Positions 34,805 to 43,690 of a DNA stretch of 64,000 nucleotides are shown here, piece by piece. The translations under genes were made by a program, and so were the position numbers. Source of the stretch: an uncultured delta proteobacterium (lineage in GTDB: Bacteria; Desulfobacterota; Syntrophobacteria; Syntrophobacterales; Syntrophobacteraceae); the NCBI GenBank assembly GCA_963808625.1, contig CAWEHK010000018.1, forward strand, positions 1-64,000, in the 5' to 3' direction. The stretch's first letter is position 1. Every line of letters begins with the position of its first letter. The notes beneath the pieces were generated by a model. It saw only the letters and a list, made by a program, of their open reading frames with translations, ran no database searches and was not told where the DNA came from.

Positions 34805-35260
34805 TCAGGCTGAATGGCGCCCCTCGAATTCTCGCGCAAAACGGACGCCCTGTTGGATATAACCCCGACGGCGATAGAACTCATGGGCCTCTTGACGGTG
34901 TGCCGCACTGGTGACTTCGAGGCGACTGCAGCCGAGCTTTCGGAGAAACGTTTCGGCGTGAAGCAGCAGCGCACTGCCGATGCCACGCCCGGCAAAAGCC
35001 TGTGCGACCGTGAGGACGCTTATCCTCCCGACGCCATGGGGGCGATGCAGGACGGAAGAGGCAAAGGCTGAGACCACGCCGACCACGGATTGGTTCATGA
35101 CGGCGACAAAAGTTCCATAACGCGGCGCGAGGGCCTTCATGGCAAGCAGATTGGCGCCGACTGTTTCCGTCTCGAGCGGATGGCCCATTTCGGCCAGAAG
35201 AGCGGAAATGAACCCGGAATCAGCTTCCTGTGCCTCGCGAATGTGGATTTCTGCACGCAT
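34805..35260 (-). CDS. GNAT-family acetyltransferase
   Basis: IREA, LTVAQAFAGRGIGSALL, AHEFYRRRGY. Confidence 0.88.
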   Translation of the reverse strand: MRAEIHIREAQEADSGFISALLAEMGHPLETETVGANLLAMKALAPRYGTFVAVMNQSVVGVVSAFASSVLHRPHGVGRISVLTVAQAFAGRGIGSALLLHAETFLRKLGCSRLEVTSAAHRQEAHEFYRRRGYIQQGVRFAREFEGRHSA

Positions 35261-35337
35261 GACTGCCCCTCTCGCCTCGGGTAAATGCCCCCTTTGCCCA
35301 TTGTTAGGAGTTTTCCAAGAACAAATAATCCGCTTTC

Positions 35338-35416
35338 ACCACGAAATACTCGAAACACCCGAAAGGCCAGAAGTAATTCTTTCCTGTATTCCGTGTGTTC
35401 CGTGTGTTCCGTGGTT
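35338..35416. repeat. 9-mer inverted tandem repeats (cacgaaata.. / ttccgtgtg)
   Basis: caccacgaaatactcgaaacacccgaaa ... ttccgtgtgttccgtgtgttccgtgg; similar tract at ~26958-27010. Confidence 0.55.
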
Positions 35417-35474
35417 TGAAAATGGGTTCATAATCAGCACAGGCTGTCTCTGGAAGACTCCTAACTGCCGCATG

Positions 35475-36044
35475 CTACCCTTTTTCGCAGTTGCTGCCGG
35501 GGGGCTTGAAATCCGTTGACTCCTCTCCGCCAACCCATTTTTCCAGCCTGTCCACAAATTCAATGGGAAGGATCGTGGCTTGTCCGGTAAAGTGGATGCA
35601 GACCATATTGAGAGTGACGGTCGTGCAAAGCACCAATCCCTCTTCTCCTTCATCACGGTAGATCGCTTGCGAAAGGGCGAGGCTGCGCCTTCGCCACCCC
35701 TTGACTCCCGTATGGATCTCGATCAGATCATCGTAGTGAAGGGGCCGTCGATAGGAGCAGGAAGCTTCGACAATGGCCAGATGCAACTCCTGATCCATAA
35801 AGCGGCGATACGGGTATCCCAGGTCGCGGAGAAAGGCTTCCCGGCCGAGCTCAAGAAGATGAAAGTAGTTGCCGTGGTAAACCGCCTGTCCCAGGTCCAC
35901 CTCGAAAAGCGGGACCCGCAGCGGCGTCCTGTGCCAGCGAAGGGAGGATTCGTGATTCGTTTTGCTTCCGACCATAGAGTTTGCCTCCGAGAGCACGATG
36001 AGAGTTTTGGCAATACTTAGGGCAGCAAAATTGCGATTGATCAC
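35475..36044 (-). CDS. YbgC/FadM-family acyl-CoA thioesterase (start uncertain)
   Basis: RVPLFEVDLGQAVYHGNYFHLLELGR, YRRPLHYDD. Confidence 0.88.
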   Translation of the reverse strand: MINRNFAALSIAKTLIVLSEANSMVGSKTNHESSLRWHRTPLRVPLFEVDLGQAVYHGNYFHLLELGREAFLRDLGYPYRRFMDQELHLAIVEASCSYRRPLHYDDLIEIHTGVKGWRRRSLALSQAIYRDEGEEGLVLCTTVTLNMVCIHFTGQATILPIEFVDRLEKWVGGEESTDFKPPGSNCEKG

Positions 36045-36149
36045 GCTCGCTGACTGTACTATTTTTTCACAAATTCTGCCAGCCCTCGTTCGCCGGCGTG
36101 GTCATTGGCGTCGGGATGGTGAAGGGAAGCCACTGGAAACGGTCGGCTG

Positions 36150-36296
36150 AGTACAGCAGCACAGAATAAGGTGACCGTTATCCCAGGACGTCATTCCCGC
36201 ATGCTTTAAGCGGAAATCCAGAAGAAAAGCCTGGACGCCCGCCTTCGCGGGCATGACAGGCGGATATCGGACACCCATTTATGTGGAGTTGTATCA
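36150..36296. repeat. ~150-bp MITE-like palindromic element with GTCATTCCCGC REP core
   Basis: agtacagcagcacagaataag...ggacacccatttatgtggagttgtat; homologous to 37439-37591 and 43539-43680. Confidence 0.75.
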
Positions 36297-36369
36297 ACCG
36301 TTTCCGGCACCAGCGGAACAGATTGTGCCGGCTGTACCCACCACAATTTATGACAGCAGGAGAGAGAGC

Positions 36370-37404
36370 ATGCGCATGGTGGATCTGCGATCCGATACGG
36401 TTACCCGGCCGACTCCGAGGATGCGTCGGGCAATGGCTGAGGCAGAAGTGGGGGATGATGTTTTTGGCGAGGACCCAACGGTAAACAAGCTCCAGGAGCG
36501 CGCCGCGGAGCGCCTCGGCAAGGAGGCCGCGCTCTTCGTTCCGAGCGGCACCATGGCGAACCTCGTCAGCCTTCTTGCCCATTGCGGCCGGGGTGATGAG
36601 GTGATCCTCGGGGATCAATCCCATACCTACTTATGTGAGCAGGGAGGCATGGCCGCTCTCGGGGCGATCCATCCGCGCCCCCTCCCCAATGAGCCGGATG
36701 GAACCATCGATTTGCATGACATTGAGGCCGCCATTCGGCCGGATAATGTGCACTTTCCCAGGACTCGCCTGATCTCGCTGGAAAATACGCACAATCGGTG
36801 CCACGGCAGTCCCCTCAGCCTCGCCTATCTGGCTGCGGTGAGGGAGATTGCCAGGCGTCACGGGCTCACGGTGCACCTTGACGGCGCCCGCCTGTTCAAC
36901 GCGGCCGTCGCACTCGGAGTGGAGGCCGGGGAAATTGCCGCGGAGGCCGATTCGGTGTCGTTTTGTTTCAGCAAAGCCCTTGCCGCTCCTGCCGGATCGG
37001 TGGTTTGCGGCGCCAGCGGTTTCATTGCCGAAGCGAGACGCGCACGCAAGGTGCTCGGGGGCGGCATGCGCCAGGCCGGTGTGCTCGCCGCAGCCTGCCT
37101 GGTGGCCCTCGAGGAGATGGTGGAGAGGCTTGCAGCCGATCACGCCAATGCCCGCAGGCTGGCCGAGGGTCTGGCGGAGGTAGCCGGACTCACAACCGAG
37201 CCTCAGCGTGCGGTAACCAATATCGTCTATGTGGGGATCGCGCGCGAGGACATGACCTCACAGCTTCTGGTCGAGAGGCTCAGCACCAAAGGAATTCTCG
37301 TCCTGCCCACCGGCCCCCGCCGGATCAGGGCCGTGACCCACTACCATATTACCCCGGATGACATCGAATATGCCCTCGAGGCATTCCGGCAGGTGGTGGG
37401 CTAG
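36370..37404 (+). CDS. ltaE: Low-specificity L-threonine aldolase
   Basis: [56 protein letters not shown]. Confidence 0.95.
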   Translation: MRMVDLRSDTVTRPTPRMRRAMAEAEVGDDVFGEDPTVNKLQERAAERLGKEAALFVPSGTMANLVSLLAHCGRGDEVILGDQSHTYLCEQGGMAALGAIHPRPLPNEPDGTIDLHDIEAAIRPDNVHFPRTRLISLENTHNRCHGSPLSLAYLAAVREIARRHGLTVHLDGARLFNAAVALGVEAGEIAAEADSVSFCFSKALAAPAGSVVCGASGFIAEARRARKVLGGGMRQAGVLAAACLVALEEMVERLAADHANARRLAEGLAEVAGLTTEPQRAVTNIVYVGIAREDMTSQLLVERLSTKGILVLPTGPRRIRAVTHYHITPDDIEYALEAFRQVVG

Positions 37405-37438
37405 AGATCCCTTCAAGCGTGTGGTAAAAGTCCTTCTT

Positions 37439-37697
37439 AGTACAGCACCGCAGAATAGAGTGTCCATTACCCCCGGGCGTCATTCCCGCATGCTTTTAGC
37501 GGGAATCCAGAGTCTGCCCACCCTGGATTCCCGCCAGAAACACGCGGGAATGACGTCTGGGATTGGACACTTATTTATGCGGAGGTGTCTAGCGTCACCC
37601 CCGCAAATTCCCCGCTCAAAGCCTGCGAGGACAAGCTTTGACAGGGGGCCCAGGCTGTTTACAGGAACCTTGCCCGCTAAAAGCATGTGGGAATGAC
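37439..37697. repeat. MITE-like palindromic element (37439-37591) followed by a degenerate REP doublet
   Basis: agtacagcaccgcagaatagagtgtcc...gtcattcccgc..gcgggaatccag..ctggattcccgc..gcgggaatgac...ggacacttatttatgcggaggtgt. Confidence 0.8.
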
Positions 37698-37943
37698 AAT
37701 CGGTAGCTCATTCCGCAATCAGCGGCAAGGGCGCTTCGGTTTTAGATATGCTTTGAGGCCGCATTGATCTCTAAGCAGATTTGCACAAAAGCTCTTTCTT
37801 CCGCGGTAGGAAGTTAGCAGAGAGGAGGGCTTTACCGACCATATGATGGGTTACAGGCAGGGCGCATCGACCCTGCCCGTAAGGTTTTGGCAGATTGTCA
37901 ATCACGGGCCAGTCAAAACAAAGCGAGCAAAGCTTCCAGGACA

Positions 37944-38622
37944 TTATGCGGGAGTTGGTAGACCCAGTTCTTCCAAAAACTTTTCCAAACCGATCTCGTC
38001 GATCACTCGACCCAGGCGCTTCGCCTTCCCCGTTCGTTGGTACCAATCCACCACGGTATCGATTAGCGAAAGGGCCTCCGCGTCATTAAGACCGGTGGCA
38101 ATCACGTCAGCAAGCCGTGGTTTGAGGCCGGAGACAAAGCCGCCTGCCAGGACACGCCAGCCTTTGGCGGTGCCGACCAGGCCCAAGTCCTTGACCGAAG
38201 CTTCCGAACAGTTGTTGGGGCACCCCGAAACACCCATCTTAAACTTGTAGGGCAAGCTGTACCCGTGGTACTTTTCATCCAGTTTCAGGCCGACTCCTAC
38301 CGCATCCTGCGCGCCAATGCGGCAAAAAGTGGTGCCGGGGCAGATCTTGACCGAGCGTACGCAAAGACCAACGGCGGCTCCCGGTGACAGCCCCAGGTCC
38401 TGCCAGACCTGATCCAGGTCTTCGGCACGAATACCGACGATGGCAAAGCGCCCGGCAGAGGTGAGCTTAACGGCTTTGGCGCCGTACTTTTCGCTCGTAT
38501 CGGCGATCGTGCGCAACACGTTAAAGTCAGTTATGATGCCCCCGGGAATGTGTGGTGCAATCGCGTAGGTTTCCTTGTCTCGTCTGTAGAATTGCACCTT
38601 TCTCCAGCAGATCTCCAGCCAT
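37944..38622 (-). CDS. Nitrite/sulfite reductase 4Fe-4S domain small protein (5' frameshift)
   Basis: KGAILQ.DKETYAIAPHIPGG, KICPGTTFC, KFKMGVSGCPNNC, KDLGLVG. Confidence 0.88.
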
Positions 38623-38880
38623 TCTTGTCCTCCTTAATTGTTCCTCCCAAAAATCGTACCCCTTTGCCCACACGGAACACCCGTTCACCGAGCAATTTAG
38701 AGTCCATTTCCATCACTTCGGAATGAAAGTCCCTACCGAACCAACCTTCAAAGGTCCAGAGGATCCCGTTCTTTCAACGAAAGTGCACGACCCTATACCA
38801 AGTTGTGGATTCAGATTCAATCATTCTCTTGTGGTATTTTGCGAAAATTGCGGGGAAAAGACTTGGATGAATTGACAGGC

Positions 38881-39224
38881 TCAGTCCTCGACCGAGACTC
38901 TCTTCGATCTCTCACGCTTCAAGACGCTGTGCTGCTTCTTCTCTTCCAGGCGTCTTTGTTTCGCCATTCTGCTGACGCCCGTTTTCCTTCTAACCTTCTC
39001 CGGTTTCAACACCGCGCGCAGCAATTCCGCAAAACGTTCGATCGCTGCCTCCCGATTAGCACTTTGGCTGCGAGTCTGCTGCGAGATGACACGAAGCACT
39101 CCGTCCTTGCTCACACGACTGCCAAGGCGGCTCATGATGAGCTCTTTATGTTCCTGAGACAGGCTTGGTGAATCAGCGACGTCGAACCAGAGCGTCACCA
39201 GCGTGTTGACCTTGTTAACATTTT
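38881..39224 (-). pseudogene. arfB: 5'-truncated copy of alternative ribosome rescue factor ArfB (lacks GGQ)
   Basis: Begins abruptly at NVNKVNT.VTLWF; RSQSANREAAIERF; basic C-terminal tail. Confidence 0.85.
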
Positions 39225-39405
39225 AATCAATTTAACTCGGCCATGGCAGCCATTCTGGCGGAGTTAATCATTTCCTGCTGCCAGATTATCATCATATCCT
39301 TCAGGGCTCTTAAGCAGACCAATCCAAATATGATCAATATATCTTATAAGCTTTGAGTCGCAACATTCTTCAAATAGAGGAGAGAATATTGACTTCTGAA
39401 TTTGC

Positions 39406-39647
39406 CCTGAAGGCTCCTCTATGATTGAAACCACGTAGGACGGGTCAGGGTGGGTGTGGATCAGGAAGCACACCGGATCTGTCCACGGCGTATTCTACGT
39501 CTTGCGATCATTCAGCGGGGGAGTCCACTCTATAGGAAGGCGGCTCATTTCGGTCGAATGAATACGTTCGTGGGGAGGACGTAGCCGCACATCAGCCCCC
39601 CCCCAAAAAACTGGTCAAACGGAGACTTGACCCTTTCACCCTGCGGT
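39406..39647 (-). repeat. 242-bp non-coding inverted repeat, copy A
   Basis: Reverse complement of 41100-41340 with only a handful of differences. Confidence 0.95.
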
Positions 39648-39772
39648 CCGCTCTTTGATCTGAGGTGTTGCATTTGGCGAAAACTGTAATAAGATAATGC
39701 TCTCTCGATGAGGCAACCCTAAATTACGATCCCAATGCGGATTTGGAACCCTGCCGAGGCCAGGACACAACT

Positions 39773-40853
39773 ATGACAAACCGACCGAAGGTAAAAGCAA
39801 AATCTCAAAATCGACCGGTGCAGCATGTAGGTATGCAAGTCGGGAAGAAAGTTGTCCATTCTTTGCTCGACGAAATGCAGGATGGTTCGGAGTATCAGAG
39901 CATTGTGGGGGCAGTCCCCGAGAACCTGAACCTTGCTACTGAGCTTACGCGGGCACTCCGAGAAATTGAAACGACCAGAAATCGGCCCTGCCTTTGCTAT
40001 GTGGGCAATGTGGTGAAGCCGGACAGTGAAGCCGGGATTGATGCAACTGACGATCTCCCTTTTGCCGAAATGGTTGGGAAGATCGAGGGAACACCTGCTG
40101 GGGTCGATGTCCTATTAGCCACGAATGGTGGTTCAGCGTACCAGATCAGCAGGTTTGTGAATGCATTGCGCGGCCGGTTCCAATCGGTTTGAGTTTCTTC
40201 TTCCCTCATTTTGCATGAGTGCGGGTACTCTCTTTGCGCTCTCGGGCGACCGGATATGGATGACCTCACGGGCCTGCCTAGGCCCAATCGATCCTCAAGT
40301 TCCTTCAAAAGATGGCCGATTAGTACCAGCACAAGCTCTTTTGCTCTTGGTTGAGCAACTTCAAAAACAGGGCCAGGAAGCTTTAGATAACAAGAGAAGT
40401 GTACCATGGACGGCAGTCCGAATTATTGACAGCATCGACAAGAAAGAGCTTGGGGATGCCATTTAAGCGTCCGAATATTCCCGAACAATGGCCACCCAGT
40501 TCCTGAAGAGCTACAAGCTGCGTAGCTGGGTTACTCACAGATCATCAGGTTTAACCGTGACAGAGGATGAACGGGAAGAGGCAGCTGGAAACATAGCGGA
40601 TGCGCTTGCATCCCATTTGAGGTGGAAAGCCCATGGCCATGCCATCCCGCGACAGATTTTGTGGAGCGAAGTGAAATTGGAAATCGACCATCCCGAAACT
40701 GTCCCAGGATTGAACAGGGCAATGGCACGTTTTTGGGCGCTTTGCACTTGGCTTTTCGACAAGACGCCTGTGATCAAAGTGATGATTTCCGCGAATCATA
40801 CTTATATTAAACATAAGATTGTCACGGTACGGCAGGAGCCCCAACATGGTTGA
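39773..40853 (+). CDS. SDH/ClpP-fold serine protease (frameshift ~40185 and in-frame TAA at 40464-40466)
   Basis: DVLLATNGG, FLLPSFCMSAGTLFALSGDRIWM, LGPIDPQ, WKAHGHAI. Confidence 0.8.
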
Positions 40854-41064
40854 TGATAAGATGCTCGAACAGCTTGGTTGGTCCGACGATTTGATCAAAG
40901 AGGTGACACGTTCCTCTGATCTGATCCGCAAAACCACTCCCACTATGAAGGTGGTTGAGTCGCCATGGATCATTGATGAGACATCCTTTGCCAGCGACTC
41001 CTTCCAACTGTCTTCAGATACGGGAGTTTCGAATAGCCTCTTTGTCTCTCGTGAAGAACCATGA
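40846..41064 (+). CDS. Small acidic/Ser-rich hypothetical protein overlapping the protease stop
   Basis: AGGAG RBS; MVDDKMLEQLGWSDDLIKEV... Confidence 0.6.
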   Translation: MVDDKMLEQLGWSDDLIKEVTRSSDLIRKTTPTMKVVESPWIIDETSFASDSFQLSSDTGVSNSLFVSREEP

Positions 41065-41099
41065 ACAGCAAGGTTCAGCGGAGGTTGCGGACTCCGCTC

Positions 41100-41340
41100 A
41101 CCGCAGGGTGAAAGGGTCAAGTCTCCGTTTGACCAGTTTTTTGGGGGGGGCTGATGTGCGGCTACGTCCTCCCCGCGAACGTATTCATTCGACCGAAATG
41201 AGCCGCCTTCCTATAGAGTGGACTCCCCCGCTGAATGATCGCAAGACGTAGAATACGCCGTGGACAAATCCGGTGTGCTTCCTGATCCACACCCACCCTG
41301 ACCCGTCCTACGTGGTTTCAGTCATGGAAGAGCCCTCAGG
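41100..41340 (+). repeat. 241-bp non-coding inverted repeat, copy B
   Basis: accgcagggtgaaagggtcaagtct...tcatggaagagccctcagg. Confidence 0.95.
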
Positions 41341-41401
41341 CGCTGAAAGTGTTACCCTCCACCCTGTTTCTTTTTGCCACGCTCCAAGGAACGGAGCTCG
41401 C

Positions 41402-41784
41402 TTATCCGTTTTTCTTTGCAATATATTGAACCCCATCGATTTCCTCGAAGTCGGAATCTTGAGTCCATATGGTAGCCCCATGCACTCGTGCGGTCGCCAG
41501 GATGATGCTATCGGCCATAGGCAGGCGGCATTCGATACTCACTCTTGCAGCGAGGATTGAGATTTCTGCCGTGAGGTCTACAACAGAACCCTGCTGCATG
41601 AGTGCTACAGCTTGAAGTGCATCGGATTCATTGCGTTGGCGGAGAACCACCTTGAAAACCTCGTAAATCGTAATGGAAGGAACGACGAGATCGGACGTCT
41701 CTCGCAAGAGGGCTGGAAAAGAACGATGCGTTGGGGCCGTCCGCGAAAGTATTCAAGCCAGCCTGAGGAATCGACTATGTTCAT
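41402..41784 (-). CDS. vapC: VapC (PIN) toxin, frameshifted
   Basis: MNIVDSSGWLEYF, VPSITIYEVFK, LPMADSIILATA, WTQDSDF. Confidence 0.9.
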
Positions 41785-41988
41785 ATTCTGTCGGGTTCTC
41801 TTTCGACAGTGGTATCAATTCCTTTGAGAAACCCTTTCATTTCCGAAATCTTTCTGAGAGGGAATCATCTCGATTCTGTTGCCATAGACAACCATTTGAA
41901 CCTTTTGACCTGGCGATAGTTTTAAAGCATTGCGAAGTCTTTTGGGAATCACAACCTGGAACTTAGGGGAAATCTTAACTGCTTCCAT
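41781..41988 (-). CDS. vapB: AbrB/MazE-family antitoxin, frameshifted (absent from ORF track)
   Basis: MEAVKISPKFQVVIPKRLRNALKLSPGQKV...MKGFLKGIDT; ATGA overlap with vapC. Confidence 0.85.
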
Positions 41989-42448
41989 ACGCTTTCTCCA
42001 TCGATGATAGTTTTGTAATATTTTAGCTCATATCGTAGCGTTGAACAAGCAGTGCGTCTCTGATCCCTCCCGGCTGGTCCCTGCCATGGAGGAACCATCA
42101 GGCGCCACTATAAATTCCGATGTGTGGAACCAACTGGCCCAATACCTCCCCGGTAATATCCATCATGGAATACCCTGTGACGAAATCACCTGATCTTCAT
42201 GATCCCTACCATGCCCGACCCATCCTTGGTGGTATCAATCATAGAGGAGCCTTTGGGTGCATGCGAAAGTCACCATACCTTGCCAATATGCCAACTTGGC
42301 AATTTTCCAACATATGATTTGAATAATGGAACTTCGTCTGAGCGTTTTTGTATATTTCCCTTTCTCGTATGAGAATGCGGTATATGTTTGAGGATCAGCT
42401 CCAAACAACCTATTCTCCTTTACCTCGCTTCCACCAGTCAGGTGCGCT

Positions 42449-42871
42449 TCAATCCTCGACTATGGCCTTGGATCTTCCGTGTTTCACGATGCTGCGCTGC
42501 TTTTTCTCCTCCAGGCGGCGGAGCTTCCCTGCCTTACTCACTCGTGTCTTCTTTCTTACTGGAACCTGCCTTACTGCATCCCGCAACAGTTCAACGAAAC
42601 GGTTTATAGCCAATTCCCGGTTGGCTGCCTGGCTGCGGGTCTGCTGAGATATTACTCGAAGAACCCCGTTCTTGCCCACCCGGCCCCCGAGGCGGCGCGC
42701 GATAAGTTCCTTATCCTCAAGGGAGAGGCTTGGTGAGTTGACCAAATTGAACCAGAGGGTGACTCTGCTGCTCACCTTGTTGACATTTTGGCCTCCCGGT
42801 CCGCTGCTGAGGGAGGCCGTGAACCAGAGTTCCTCCTCGGGAATAGAGATTCTGTGCGTCACTTCTATCAT
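42449..42871 (-). CDS. arfB: Alternative ribosome rescue peptidyl-tRNA hydrolase ArfB
   Basis: SSGPGGQNVNKVSS, RSQAANRE, basic tail. Confidence 0.95.
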   Translation of the reverse strand: MIEVTHRISIPEEELWFTASLSSGPGGQNVNKVSSRVTLWFNLVNSPSLSLEDKELIARRLGGRVGKNGVLRVISQQTRSQAANRELAINRFVELLRDAVRQVPVRKKTRVSKAGKLRRLEEKKQRSIVKHGRSKAIVED

Positions 42872-43139
42872 TCTTTAGACCCCTGCACGGGAATGGCGCC
42901 GCGAGGGTTTCCTCGCGGGCGCTTTCGCTCAGACGGTTTTCTTCTCTCTCGATCCAGTAAGTTTGCTTGTGGTGTCGCGACTCGAACCGGGCCAACGCCT
43001 CGCGTGCCGCCTCTTGCTCCTCAAAGTGGGCAACGACCACGCGAATCCCGTTGTCATCCTGCCTCCACAGCTCCCAACGGGCCGGGTTATTGGTGGCTTG
43101 CGCTTCCCCAGACTCGCAAACCTCTCGAATATCCTCCAC
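42868..43139 (-). CDS. Small conserved hypothetical protein (3' end uncertain)
   Basis: WELWRQDDNG...ARFESRHHKQTYW motif. Confidence 0.65.
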
Positions 43140-43538
43140 TTTCTTTCCTTCCTGTAAAGGTTGCACCGGTTCTAATTATACCTCTCGGAGGGCATCCAAA
43201 AACCCTTAACAGACACCTTTGTGCTGATTGCCGCGATCCGCCACGATTCAGGCAAAGTCCGAGATCGTCATTCCCGAAGGCTTCAGGCGGGGAGCATGCG
43301 GAGGTAACGACCTGAGGGCTTTCTTGGACATGCGCTCAAACAACATTAGTTTGGCATATTTTTGCTTTGATCTGAAGCTCTGTCTTGGTAATAGAAGCGA
43401 GTTCATCTAAGATTTCATCGAAGCCAGATGCTTCGTATTTCGTAGGTTGTTTTTCCCAATGGTTTCCGGATCACTGACCGGGTTTCTGGCAGAGATGGCT
43501 CGCAGGTACTCGAACTCAGCATCCCAATGGGGACTGCT

Positions 43539-43680
43539 AAGTACGGCCCTGCATAAATGAGTGTCCGAGGCAGTTCGTCATAACGGCGGAAGCCGATATC
43601 CAGGCAATTTTTCTGGATTCCGGTTTTCACCGGAATGACGCGTCCGGTATATGGTCACTTTATTGTGCAAGCCTGTACTA
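43539..43680. repeat. Divergent copy of the ~150-bp MITE-like palindromic element
   Basis: agtacggccctgcataaatgagtgtcc...ctggattccgg..ccggaatgac...ggtcactttattgtgcaagcctgtact. Confidence 0.7.
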
Positions 43681-43690
43681 AGGGGGTGGA

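Noticed and set aside
39264..39473. Twin ORFs starting MCFLIHTHPDPSYVVS (also 41273..41560)
   Set aside because: The identical starts arise from the inverted repeat; there is no sign of real coding.
41200..41222. IS91/ISCR oriIS-like TTCCTATA inside the long repeat
   Set aside because: Only the short core matches, it is internal rather than terminal, and no Y2 transposase is present.
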